Of a stretch of 64,000 nucleotides of DNA, positions 34,177-54,035 are shown in pieces. The notes below the pieces were generated by a model. That model had not been told where the DNA came from, did no database searches, and was given only the letters and a program-made list of their open reading frames with translations. Origin of the DNA: the human T2T-CHM13v2.0 reference genome, Homo sapiens. Location: assembly GCF_009914755.1 (NCBI RefSeq), contig NC_060926.1; one strand, 5' to 3'. Position 1 is the first letter of the stretch. Each line of letters opens with the position of its first letter. Position numbers and translations under genes: made by a program.

Positions 34177-35816
34177 CTCTAGAATAGCCCAGTGCTGGGC
34201 TCTGCTGTCCAGTAATGAACTGGAGAGCAGGAATATTGAGAAGAGGCTGGAGGGGGGCAGAGTAATGGGAAGGACAGGGACAAATGCCCATGCTGAGACT
34301 GCATCACGCCCACTCTGCAGTGTAAATGGACTTCTCCCCAGAGGAGAACAGACTGCCCTCCAGGACCTTGGGAGACAAGGGAGCACGGTGACTTGCAGTT
34401 TCTGGAAATTTGCAAATGTGCCTGGAAATGCACCTGGCCTGTCTTGGAGAAGCAGCTCCCCTGATCTTTCAGTCACATCTGTCAATGACAGTGGCCAGGT
34501 CCCTTCGGTACCACCATCACTTCCACTGCATTGAAGTCCCCACGATATGCCAGATTGCCTGCCCCCTCGTGTGACTTTCTGGACTCGAGAGGCAAACTCC
34601 CTTATCATGGGGACTAATTTCGTATAGTTAGTGACCTTTTAAGAAAGAAATGGCTCAGCCTTGTCTCTGTAATACAACACTTGTTGAACTCTTCAGGGAA
34701 ATAGCTAGGTTTTATTCCTGCTTCAAATGCAAGCAGCCAAGGAGCAGAAATGGAAGCAGGAGAGAAAATGAACATTTTCTGACCATCTGCTATGCACAAA
34801 GCACTGTGCTCAGAGAAGCTATGTGTATCCTTCATGGAAGCTTCACAGTAATCCTTCCATAAGGGCATCAATTGAGCTATTGAGAACTTAAATTCAGAAA
34901 GGCTGAATAACTTGCTCAAGTAACCTAAAGATAAGTGGTGGGGAGGGGAACCCAACTCTGAGGTCATCTTAAATGCCTAGGGCCATGCAACTGCTGCCTG
35001 GATGGTTCTAAAGACATGTGACACTGGCCTCACCTGCCAGCAAGTCCTGTTTTGAAAGCTGTGGCTGGTGAACAACTGTGGCCTCTTTTTTGTCACACGA
35101 TTTAATAGTCACATGATAGTCATGGATGTGCATCTACATGGCTGCCCGCTCTCTGCCATGGTGATCTTAGTGTTAGGATTTGTGTTGGGGCTGCCATGTC
35201 TTTGTGACATCATCCCCACCTGCTGCTCTGCTGGGACCAGGCTGCCATGCCCCTCATCCCGCTTTGGCAATATCTAGATTGCAGGCCGTACACAGACTTA
35301 CATAACCTAACTAACCTTCCTGTTTGCCTTTGGTTGGTGAAGTTCCCTTTTCAGCAGAGTAGAGGATGGTTAACAACACAGATTGTTGTTTAAACTAGCC
35401 AACTTTGTAATGTAATCTGAAGGCAAATAGAGGAGAAATAAATGTACTGTCATAGACAAGGTAGAGAAAACTGTCTAGCATATGTGACTGAAATGTAGGC
35501 CACTGATCTATGTCTTCCAGGTACAGTTTAGAAGTGTTTGTAAGTCACTCTTGGTTCTGAGCCAACGCAAAATTTTCTCTGACATACTTGCAGTTTTCTC
35601 AGTGAATCTCATTGTGAGCTAAGTCTTTATTTTATGTAACAAACACATATTCCCAGATACTGTTCTAAGTGATTTACAAATATTAACTCAGTAGGCCTCA
35701 TAATAAAGCTAAAAGGTAGGTACAGTAAGGTACGATAAGGAAACAGGGACAGAAAATCATCCAAGTTCATCAGGGCCCAAAACAAGCTCCACTCTGCTGC
35801 CCCTAAAATGAAAGAA

Positions 35817-36312
<496 letters not shown>

Positions 36313-36552
36313 CTACTTCACTCCTTAAGCAGAAAAACTCTGCCTTCAGGGCTAACAGTCACCACGTCTTCTGCTTTGGCTCTGAAAAATATTCTATAGC
36401 CTATTAATAAACATGTCTCCATTTTTGGATTAAATTATTACTCAAGGCACACAGAACAAATAGAACTGTTTGAGGTTTGGCAAATAGTACCTCTCTCTTA
36501 AGATGTTCAAGTGACAAGATCATACCTGATAGATGAAAACAATTAGATACAA

Positions 36553-42710
<6,158 letters not shown>

Positions 42711-42854
42711 AATTAGATGCAACAAAAGACTGCAATAAATTACTGCATTAGAAGACGGACTTCGTTTTTATTCTGAGACCTCTGACCAGTATCAAGAGTA
42801 GATGAAATGCATTCCTTTAGACGAAAGATAAGGTGTCAGAAAATTCTGCCTTGA

Positions 42855-43178
<324 letters not shown>

Positions 43179-43641
43179 AGAAAATTCTGCCTTGAGTCTA
43201 ATTAATGAATTGACATGTGCTAGAATGAAAGAGGAGAGGATCCCCTATAATAAAAATTTTTCTTCAAAGTTGTTAGCAGCCATTTGTCATACTGTCTCAT
43301 ATCTGAAACCTTGGATTATACATTTTACCATCGTTTGATACTTTTATGTCCTCCCCTCCGTAAGCATTCTTCCTCCCTTTCTTACTCAGCCTGAATCCTG
43401 CTATTTAGCAAATAAGTTACACTTTTCTCAAAGCCCCTACTCCCTGTATCCCTGTCCTGCTATATTCAAAGAAAATTTCCACACCCTGGCCTAGACCTAC
43501 AGTCTGCCAACTTAGTTCCCGGATTCCAATTCCTAAAAGTCCTAAATTACAGATTTCAGCCACAATAACTTCATGGTCTCCAGCCTCTGCCACACCTGAG
43601 TGCTTTTTTCAATTCTTTTACTTATTCTTGGCTAGCTACAG

Positions 43642-44121
43642 TGTTGGTAGAATATTATCCCCCCAAAGATGTCCACATCCTAATCCCTGAAATCTGTGAA
43701 CATAGTAGCTTACATGGCAAAAGAGATTTTGCAGCTGTGATGAAGTTAAAAACCTTGGAAGATTATCCTGGGTTATTCCAGAGACCAGTGTATTTGCAAG
43801 GGTTCTTCTAAGAGGGAGGCAGGAGGAGAGGCAATGGTGGAAGCAGGGGCCAGAGACAGAGACACTGGGAGATGCTACACTACTGGCTTAGAAGATGAAG
43901 GATGGGGCCATGAGCCAAAGAATGTGAGAGGCCTCTGTAAGCTGGGAAAGGCTAGAAAACAGATTCTCCCCTAGAGCTTCCAGAAGGAACACAGCCGGGC
44001 CGACACCTTGATTTTAGCCAAGACAGACCCATTTTGGACTTCTCGTCTCTGGAATAAATTTGTGTTAAGCAAGCTGCTAAATTTCTTGTAATTTGTCGTA
44101 GTAGCAGTCGAAATCAATACA
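43642..44121 (+). mobile_element. MLT1D-like MaLR LTR
   Basis: CCCCCCAAAGATGTCCACATCCTAATCCCTG...TTACATGGCAAAAGAGATTTTGCAG...GATTCTCCCCTAGAGCTTCCAGAAGGAA...AATACA. Confidence 0.85.
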
Positions 44122-44329
44122 GTTACTTGTCCCATTTCCTCAGGAAACACACTAACATATTGCTTCTCTCCTCACCAGTTCCAGTGCCTCATGCACTTCT
44201 TAGTGGATCCCACCTACTATTTCACACACACACACAAAAATAAACCAGATATTCCTTCATCAGTTTGTCACAGATCCAGCCCCTACCTTTGCCACTTATG
44301 CACACAAATGCATCTGTTCCTTACCCTGA

Positions 44330-44745
44330 CTTTCATAAAGAACCACCATTTGGTTTTATTGATTTTTCTCTATAGTTTCTGTTTTCGATTTTATTGATTC
44401 TGCTCTTTACCAACTTTTTTCATCTTTTGGCTTTAGAATTAATTTCCTTTTTTAAATTTCTGAGATTTCTTAAAGTGGAAACATAGATGATTGGTTTGAG
44501 ACCTTTCTTCTTTTCTAATATAAGCACTTTAGTGCTATTAATTTTCCTCTAAGCACTGCTTTAGCTGTATCCCACAAAATGTGATATGTTGTGTTTTTAT
44601 TTAATTCAAAATATTTTTTAAGACTCCCTGTGATTTCCTTTTTGACCATGGTTATTTAAATGCTTCTTGTTTAATATCAAATATTTCAGGTTTTTCCAGG
44701 TATTTTCTGTTACTAATTTCTGGTTTAATTCTATGGTGATAAGAG
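44330..44745 (-). mobile_element. Ancient L1M ORF2 fragment
   Basis: AAAGAACCACCATTTGGTTTTATTGATTTT...TTCCTCTAAGCACTGCTTTAGCTGTATCCCACAAA. Confidence 0.75.
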
Positions 44746-44885
44746 AAACTCTTCCTTTCCATACTGTTTTTTTGTCTCTCTGCCAATAAGCATGCTCATG
44801 TTTTACCCATTCTTAAAAGGACACCCGTTCTTTGATCCTATTTAACCATACCTACTATTCTCTAACTTCCTCCTGTTGTTCTTCT

Positions 44886-45043
44886 TTTGTCTTCAAGAGT
44901 CTCATTCTGTCACCCAGGCTGGAGTGGAGTGGCATGATCATAGCTCCCTGAGGCCTTGAACTCTTGTGTTCAAGTGATCCTTTCACCCCACCTTCCCAAG
45001 TAGCTGGAATTACAGTCACCAGCTATCAGCCACCATGCCTAGC
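44886..45043 (-). mobile_element. Alu monomer (FRAM/right-arm-like)
   Basis: GAGTCTCATTCTGTCACCCAGGCTGGAGTG...CCACCATGCCTAGC. Confidence 0.75.
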
Positions 45044-45821
45044 TCCTGCTTCTTAAGCTTCTCAGAGGAATAGTTTACACTTGCTGCCTCCCCTTTCTTC
45101 CTCCCCACTTATTTCTAAACCACACAGTGTTCCTTTTGTTTCCTTCTACTTTCCCAAGCCAGGACCTCTGGACTTTGTTTGCTTCCATAAATACCTATAG
45201 CCTCCTAAGAATTGTTATTTTTGTTAAAAATAGCCAGAGTCCATTTATTTGCTTCTAACCAAGAATTCTGACTGAGGTAGATTATGAACACTACAATCCT
45301 TTCCCAATTTCACCATCTAATCACCATAGCAACCACATCCTTTGATACATAGCAGCAGATGCAGAGACATGGTGTTAAACAGGCAAGTGAGAAGAATATT
45401 TCAAGGAGGGGGAGGAGGTAATGAGTCGGGTCACATTCTGGTGAGAGGTGGAGTAAGATGAGAGCTAAAAATGGCCATTTTGTTTGGCAATGTGGGAGTC
45501 AACAGTGGGGTAGTTATAAAAGTCATTATACAAACTGGGATCATTTTGAGAGACAAAGGAATCACAATTAATTAAACCAGAGCCACAGACCACAAGCCAA
45601 GATTGTGACAGGCAAGCTGAAACATGTAGTCTTCTGTTTTCTACGAAACACTTACACCTTTCCAAGATGGTTTCAGTGAAGTGGTGAGCTTGTGTGGATC
45701 AAGGGGAGAATGCAAAGTAAGAAAAGAGACAACATTTTTGAGGAGTTAGAGAATAAAAAGGAGCAGAGAAGTGGGGCAGAACCTGAGGGAGGAATGTAAG
45801 ATTTACAAGTTTTATATCTTC

Positions 45822-46130
45822 TGGCCGGGCTCGGTGGCTCACGCCTATCATCCCAGCACTTTGGGAGGCTGAGGCTGGCAGATCACCTGAGGTCAGGAGT
45901 TTGAGACCAGCCTGGCCAATGTGGTGAAACCCCATCTCTACAAAAATACAAAAATTAGCTGGACGTGGTGGCATGCACATGTAATCCCAGCTACTCAGGA
46001 GGCTGAGGCAGGAGAATTGCTTTAACCAGGAGGTGGAGTTTGCAGTGAGCCAAGATGCACCCCTGTACTCCAGCCTGGGCAACAGAGCAAGACGCTGTCT
46101 CCATAAAAATAAAATACATAAAAATAAATA
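45822..46130 (+). mobile_element. AluS
   Basis: Full dimer. TSD GTTTTATATCTTCT on both sides. Confidence 0.95.
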
Positions 46131-46316
46131 TGTTTTATATCTTCTTTTTAAGATAGGCAATATAGCATGTTTTCATTTTGATGAGAATAATCCAATAGAC
46201 AGGGATAATGGCAGGAAGGAATTTCCCAAAAAGCGAAGACTGAGGGATGCACTGGAGCGAGGGGTTGGCTGCAGGCAGGAGCAGGGACACATCATGCACT
46301 TGCACAAGAGAAGTGG

Positions 46317-46778
46317 CTGTGGGGGCCAAATGTTTCTCCTATACAGATGTATTGACGTCTCAAACCCCAGTACCTGTGAACGTGAGCTTATTTGGAAACA
46401 GGGCCTTTGCAGATATATTAAGATGAGATCATATTCAATTAGGGTGGGCCTTAATCCAAGATGACAGGTGTTTCTATAAGGCCCTGTGAAGACACAGAGA
46501 CCCAAGGAGGAGAAGGCCTCATGATGGCAGAGGCAAAGGCCGGTTTACTGCATCTACAAACCAAGGGTGTCGGGGATGCCGGCAACAGCAGAAGCACTCT
46601 CCCAAGGCCCTCCGAGAAAGCACAGCCCTGCCGAGATAGCACAGCCCTCCGAGAAAGCACAGCCCTGCCTACGGGACAATTTTGGGCTTCCAGCCTCTGG
46701 AACCCTAAGAAGACATATTTCTGTCATTAAAAGCCACCCAATTTGTGGTAGTTTATTATGGCAGCCCTGGGCAACTCA
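46317..46778 (+). mobile_element. MLT1B/C-like MaLR LTR with an internal tandem repeat
   Basis: AACCCCAGTACCTGTGAACGTGAGCTTATTTGGAAACAGGGCCTTTGCAGAT...TTTGTGGTAGTTTATTATGGCAGCCCTGG. Confidence 0.8.
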
Positions 46779-47816
46779 GGCAGCGTTAAGAGCAGGGCTG
46801 GGACAGATGCTGGGAGACCTAGGGATGAGAAGAGGAGGCTGCTTCCCTGTGATGAAATAAGATCAAATGTCTGTACCTCTTACCTGTCAGCCAGGGGAAA
46901 CTGAAGCCAAAGTATTCCTGGATGGAGGAGATCGGCACCCTGTTTCATATATCAACAAAGAGAAAGTGACAAAGGCTAGTAAGAGTGTCTCATGTGTGCA
47001 AGAGTCACAGGTGAACTAGGTTGGACCAACACTCTCCTCCCTCCCCAGAAAAGCAAGCAGCCCAGGAAAGCACAGCAATGATGCCGACAATCATCCTCAA
47101 TACTGACCACCTGTTTCCTCAGGAAATTCCTCTCTTCTTGATTCCTTACAGTCACTCTCTGCATGTGCCCCTCTCCCTCTCCCCCACCCCCCATTGCATT
47201 TCCCCTACACTCTGCTCTTGGCCCACGTGGCACCCACTGCCCCTGAGGCCCCCAAGCCATCTCACAGGTGTCATAGTTTTAATCCTTACAATGTTGGCTT
47301 CTGATAAGAGCTTATTGACGACAGGAGGGAGGCTCAGAGTGGTCTGCCCTCTACTTTTCCCAGAGTGAAAAGTGCTTCTTTGCATCAGTTGCATTCCAAC
47401 TTTCTGCTTCTGCAAGGCTGAGCCAAAGAAAGACATTTCCTCCAGTGCACCTTTTTGGAGTAAATTTCTTGAGGATGTTCTGCAGCAGACACAAGTAAGG
47501 AAAACTGAGGAAGCAAAGACAGATGCTACCCACCACGTAGTGAAAGGATGTCCAGGGTGACAAAGAGAAAAGGTCCAGCTTGGAGTCAAAGTTAAAGGGC
47601 AAGAAGCCTTGGCTAGGGCTGGAAGCAGAGGTGTCTTCATAGAGCAACTGGTGGTGTCATGTCCAAGCAATGAGACCAAAGGGGAGCCGAAGACGCCCGT
47701 CCTAAGGTATTGTGCAGGGAAGGGACGTGGGGGGAGGAGGAGGAGCTGAAGCAGGAAGCTCAACAAGGAGGAAAGAACCAAGGAAGGGAAGTGTAAGCAG
47801 TGGAGCATTAGGGTGG

Positions 47817-48508
<692 letters not shown>

Positions 48509-48999
48509 AGTGGGCAGATGAAGATGTCTGGGGAGATTTTAGACCAGAAGGCCACAGCCCGTGGCTGGGGTTTGTAAACCCCCAAGTGCTTGTTTTCTGG
48601 GATGGATGAAGCCCATTCAAAGGTGAAGCCTACTTTGCATTGCCCTTCAACCATCATACGGCACACTGTGGCCTCTGCCTCTGAGCCCCTGCAACCCTCT
48701 GTAAGCTCTGTGCACAAAGCCAGGGATCCTTTACCAAAGCAGGGGCCACCAGCCAGTGACGTGTCACCCATGCAGGTGTTGGGTTTTTCAATAAGATCAT
48801 CAGCACACCCTCTGCTGCACACCCAAAGAACACATTTTCCTAGGTCTTATTTTCCTAGGTCTTACTGAATTTTTCTGATAATCCAATGAAGCTTCTACCC
48901 ACAAGAAATGAAGCTGGGCTCCCAGGAGGCTCACCTTCTCCTGCTGGCCCAGCCTGAAGAGCAGGTCTCTACGTGGACTTACTGTTTTCATTGCAAACT

Positions 49000-49225
49000 G
49001 GTTCAGAGCTCAAAACTGTATGGGTCTGCATTTTACTAGCTCTGTAACCTTTGGCAAGTTACTTAAGATGGAGTTACTTAAGCCCTTTGCATCTCAGCTT
49101 CCTCATTTGTAAAACCAGGTTACTGATACAGTTATGAGGATTAAATAATATATATAAAACACGGCAGGACCTGTCGTGGTAAGTACCATACAAATGTTAG
49201 CTATTGATATGACTACTACTATTAT
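49000..49225 (+). mobile_element. MIR SINE
   Basis: TTACTAGCTCTGTAACCTTTGGCAAGTTACTTAA...CTCAGCTTCCTCATTTGTAAAA...ATGAGGATTAAAT. Confidence 0.75.
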
Positions 49226-49509
49226 TGTTATTGCTGCCTCATATGGCAAGAGACTCATCACACCTCTTGTCTGATTTGCGGAAGTTACAACTCAGGGCCC
49301 ATGGCTTCTTTGTCCTCGATAATGTCAACCCTTAAGTTTTGGGAAAGTGTCACAGGCATGAGACTCTGACATTCCTGAGTCTCTACGGGGGCCAAATGCT
49401 CTTTTCGCCGTTCTATGATGTCTGAACGCTCCCATTTGCACACTGCAGGAAGCCTTTTTATCCCTCTGCTCACCCCATCTCGACTCCTGTAAGATTATTT
49501 TTAAAATTT

Positions 49510-49860
49510 GAACACAAAACTACATGCAACAATATGGATGAATTTCTCAAACATGATGATAAATGAGAGGAGACAGACAGATGACTGCCAACGTTATGAT
49601 TCCATTTACAGAAAGCTCAAAAACAGGCAAAACTAATTTGTGCTGTTAGCAGCTAGGATGGTGATTATACTTGGCAGGGATACAGGAGTGACTAGATTCG
49701 ATCCTGAGGAAGGCTTTCCGGTGGCTGGAAATGTTTAATTTCTTGATCTCAGTCTTGACAGCATGAAATTATTCAATCGGTAAAAATTCATTGAGCAGTA
49801 CCATCATCATAGGAGTACTCTTCTGCAGGTACATTATATTGCAACAATTTTTTTTAAATG
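49510..49860 (+). mobile_element. L1ME-type 3' end fragment
   Basis: ACATGCAACAATATGGATGAATTTCTCAAAC...TATGATTCCATTTA...AAAACAGGCAAAACTAAT...GTAAAAATTCATTGAGC. Confidence 0.75.
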
Positions 49861-52800
49861 AAAATGACATCTGCATTAGTTTCAACATTTAAACATTATT
49901 CTGCTTAACTTGGAAATCTGGGTTGGAAGATCTGGCAATATCGAACCCACAACCCCACCAGGCAACAATGGGCGAGAGCTGAGTAGCCTGGGTGCCCACC
50001 CCCACCCTACCCCCACCATTCATTACACCCACTGCCCATCCCTACTGCCTCCCTGATGCTGAGGCTGCGGCCGGTGCCTGCCATCTGTCCTCACATGTAC
50101 CTGTTGGTTCTCTTAGCTTCCCACCACTTCCCTGCAGGGATTTGTGTTTCCAATCCCATTAAAGCTCCATTCCAGTGAATCCTGACCAGCCAACCAGTCC
50201 TGGGACTTGGCCAGCACTTTGTAAGAGAAGTTCCAGAACCCTTGCTTTGCTCACAGCTCACTCTCTGGACCCTTTTTTGCCTTAGTTCACCTTCTACACC
50301 CCTCCCCTGCCTGCCCTGGTCGCCACTCCCCAAGACCCCTGTCCTTCTGTGCCATCTGAACCCCATGTTTGAGGTCATACCCAGGGTCTGATGGGGCTCC
50401 CCCTTTGGACTGCAAAGACAGTCACCCTCTGGACTCCATCTGCCCCCAGCTGCTCTGGGCAGGACCCCAACAATCTACTCTGATATCCCAGACCCCTTCC
50501 CTAGGATAAGTTATGGTCCAGTAATCGGGCCACGCTCAGGACTCCTGCGGCAGACATGACCTAGCTCCATGTATTACTCCTTAGGCTCACGTCTCACAGA
50601 CTTTTAAAAATCTCATAGTATATTTGTCCTGCTCCCGATGTGGTCTCAGGGCCAGCTGGAGTCAGATGGGAGGGGGGTTCCATGATTCCCAAACCCCCAG
50701 CTTTTGTCTTTTTAAGTGACCTGATTCAAGCTGTCAGCCCTGTCACATTGTCTCCTGCCCACAGACATTTTTGTGTAAACTAATTATTTCATGATAGTGC
50801 TCTTCTATGGGCAAGTCAGCTTTCCAATTGATCCTTGTTGCTTATAAAGTGCCTCATTAGCTATCACAGAAGCTCAGCTATCCATTCTGACAGCCATGGA
50901 AGCAGCCATTCTGTGTGTGAGTGACGTGGGAACGTGCGGGTCTCTACTGGAGTCACCCCCATCAGGGATGCCCAGAAAGGCAGGTGCAGCATGCAGGCAG
51001 GTGAGCAATGCAGACACCTGTGCTTTGCAGTTCACCCAGCCTGTTGTCATTTCAGCGTCTTAAGTGAACCTCTAGCAGTGGCCAGATTACTGGATTTTGT
51101 GGGTGACATGCTTCAAAGCACAGCGTCCCTGCTCAAAGCTCATGACAGTAAGCCAGCATTGCTCAGGTGCCCAGGCTTGAAGAGTGTCCACCAACACATG
51201 GCCAACACTCTGTGTTCTCCAGAGTGCAGGGCACTGAGGGTGATAGGAGAGGTCCTGGGGAAGCCCTTGTCCTCCCTCTCATCTTCCCCCAGCATAGAAC
51301 ATCAGAGCCAGTCATGAAAGAGTGTGGCAGGCTGCGGGTGCCGGGGTGTGGAGACCAGGGTACAGGCACCGGGGTGTGGGTGCCATTGCCACCAGGCCAA
51401 GGAGAAAGAAATGAGAGGAGGAGGCTGGAAGGTGAGGAGAGGGAGGAAGGAGGAAGGGGAGAAAAGACGAAATAAAAGGAAATCCGCACGTCCTTTTGCA
51501 TATTTGTAAAATAATACATCCTTTGAGTAGCTCATCCGCGTGCTGATTCGCTTTTTAACTCTCCTGTGGGTTCCCCAACCCACTGCAGCCATTCCCTAAT
51601 CCATCCAGTGTCTGTGTTTCAATTAACTCAAGGCACAGCTTCATATTCTATTCTGCCCTGGCCTTAATGTGACTGAGAATAAGCCTACTGAGGTGTGAAG
51701 AAGATTAAATGAAGAAACAGGACATAAAGTTGGACTGTAGTAAGAAGGAAAGATCCACCAGAGACTCAAAATGCTAATTACTCATCCGAGTGGTCTGCAG
51801 AGGGAGGCACGCGGCCTGCCTGCTTCCTTTGAAGATCGTCTCCCTTCTGATCCTTCTGTTTATTCAGATAATATCCCATAACAAAGAAGAGAGTATAGAA
51901 TATTAACGTAATCCTAGGGTGGGGTAATCCTATAGCAGTTGGGCTAGAGAGGAGTCCAAGTTTCCAACAAGGTCAGACACTGCATGAGAGGCACCCCGTC
52001 TCTCTCCCCATCTGGCCTGACCCCACATGGGGGGATGTGATTCCGAGAAGCCGAGCTCCAACCTTGCAGAATCTTTTTCTTCATGCCAATGGCTGGCCCT
52101 TTTTTCCAAGATTGCCCCGAGAAGGGAGTTTGTGTATGATTTTCAGATGTCTGCTCTCAGCTGATAAGAAGTAGCCTTATTCTGATTGTTCGTCTTACTG
52201 TCACAGAGCATAGAGGGTCTGGTTGATGCCATAACCTGAATCCCCAAGACCTCGCCAGCCTGGTGGCAGAAATTCTAACAAGTCAACCCATGGCGCCATG
52301 GTGACAAGAGCCTCCCCTCTCATGGCAGCCCTCTGGCCTAGGATCTGAAACCCTCCTCCAAACTTCCTCCACTCATTTCTGGAGCCCCCGGGAGGTTTCG
52401 TGTGTGCCCAGCATGACGCTTCCATTCCAGGGGTCCTCCTGCAGGCATCTGGCCCCTCTCTCTGTGCTTGCTGCTGGTCTCCTGTGTGAGAACGCTGACA
52501 CCTGGCCAGCATCCTGCCTCCCGGGCACCCAGTGCACTCAAGATTCCTGCACGATGCGTTCTCTTCGGGGTCACATTGCCAGGACTCACAGGTTCCTCAA
52601 AGGCGCGTGTTTAGGTGACCTGCCACCATGACCTGAGGCTTCGGGAAACAGCCCCTGCAGTGAAAGACCCCTCGGCCACACTGGAAACTGGTGAAATTTA
52701 CTTTGTGCATGCATACACTTTCTCTGGAGGGCTGCATTGGAGAAGAGCTACAGTGATTGTTGGGAGAGAAACTAGGAAACAGGGGGCAAGTGGGAGGGTC

Positions 52801-53195
52801 TTCTGTTCCCCAGGTATGGATTTCCTGTGAGGACTTAAGCTTAGAGGCCCCTCACAGCACAGCCCCTTTTGAGGCCCTGGGTTGGAGGATTGGCGTTCAG
52901 GCCATGTGCTCATACAAACATCTGTTTTTGTCAGATTTGCCAAAGACATTTGCTGTGTTGTTAAAGAGAAGGCCTTGCATGGTATAAACTTCTGGACCTG
53001 CACAACTTAGAACCACCCTGCTTTTCCCAAATACCCTCCTGGACATCTTAGTATTTTACCACGTTCACATGTTACAGTTTTACTTTGTTTTAATTGCTCT
53101 GTTACAACCTGAAATGAGCAGGAAAGGACGGAAGAAAGGGAAGAAAATTCACACGTGGTTCAGCTGCTAGATTATGAAGAAGAAATACCAGAGAT

Positions 53196-53475
53196 CGCTG
53201 GGCACAGTGGCTCACGCCTGTAATCCCAGCTCTCTGGGAGGCCAAGGCAGACAGATCACCTGAGGCCAGGAGTTCGAGATGAGCCTGGCCAACATGGTGA
53301 AACCCTGTCTTTAACAAAATACAAAAACCAGCCAAGCGTGGTGGCGGGCGCCTGTAATCCCAGCTACTCAGGAGCTGAGGCAGCAGAATCACCTGAACCC
53401 AGTAGGCGGAGGTTGCAGTGAGCTGAGATCGTGCTATTGCACTCCAGCCTAGACCATAGAGCAAGATGCAGGCTC

Positions 53476-53503
<28 letters not shown>
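53196..53503 (+). mobile_element. AluS with long poly(A)
   Basis: Full dimer. TSD AAGAAATAC(C/T)AGAGAT. Confidence 0.95.
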
Positions 53504-53506
<3 letters not shown>

Positions 53507-53619
53507 AATACTAGAGATTAAAAAAGGGGGAGCATTCATTTTAAAAATCAGAAACTAAAATGAGATGGCCTACCAAAATCTCTTTTTCGTAGTGTCTGGT
53601 ATAGAAAGAAAACAGGGGT

Positions 53620-54035
53620 TGCTTTTCCGGGCGGAACTACATCAGGTTGCACATGAAAACAGAAATTAAAAACTGACAGTCCAAGGCGTCCTTCCTGACC
53701 TCCTTCAGCGTGTGTTCCATGTCTCGCGGGGAAACTCTGGCCCACAAATATGGAACCACAGGATGCTGACACGCAAAGCAAGCCGCCTGGAAAATGACTC
53801 AGACGCTCCCGCCGGCTGAGCGCAGCCCGCAGACACCGCAGTGCAGGCCCCGGGGTGCGGGACAATGGCAAGCCCGGCAGATGTCTGGGGACATTGAAAG
53901 GAACATAATTACCGCCATCAATTTTCCTTTTACACAGCCCTTCGAAAGCGGTTTTCCCAAAAAGAGCAGTAGAGCTTTTCAATAAAAATGCTTCTTTGCA
54001 ATTTTCATGCAAGTCAGGGTAGGCAGGCCGGCCCT
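53620..54035. promoter_or_regulatory. CpG-enriched non-repeat segment, candidate promoter/enhancer
   Basis: Many retained CpGs relative to the flanks. AP-1 site TGACTCA at 53795-53801 directly after TGGAAA; kB-like GGGGAAACTC at ~53728. Confidence 0.45.

Noticed and set aside
46612-46667. Short repeats as a CRISPR-like array
   Set aside because: Units are contiguous with no spacers; primate DNA; no cas genes.
47152-47808. 218-aa minus-strand ORF with hydrophobic N-terminus
   Set aside because: Leu/Ser/Pro richness reflects a purine-rich plus strand; no domain or gene structure support.
48835-48865. 15-bp tandem duplication TTTTCCTAGGTCTTA x2
   Set aside because: Common small slippage duplication with no further structure.
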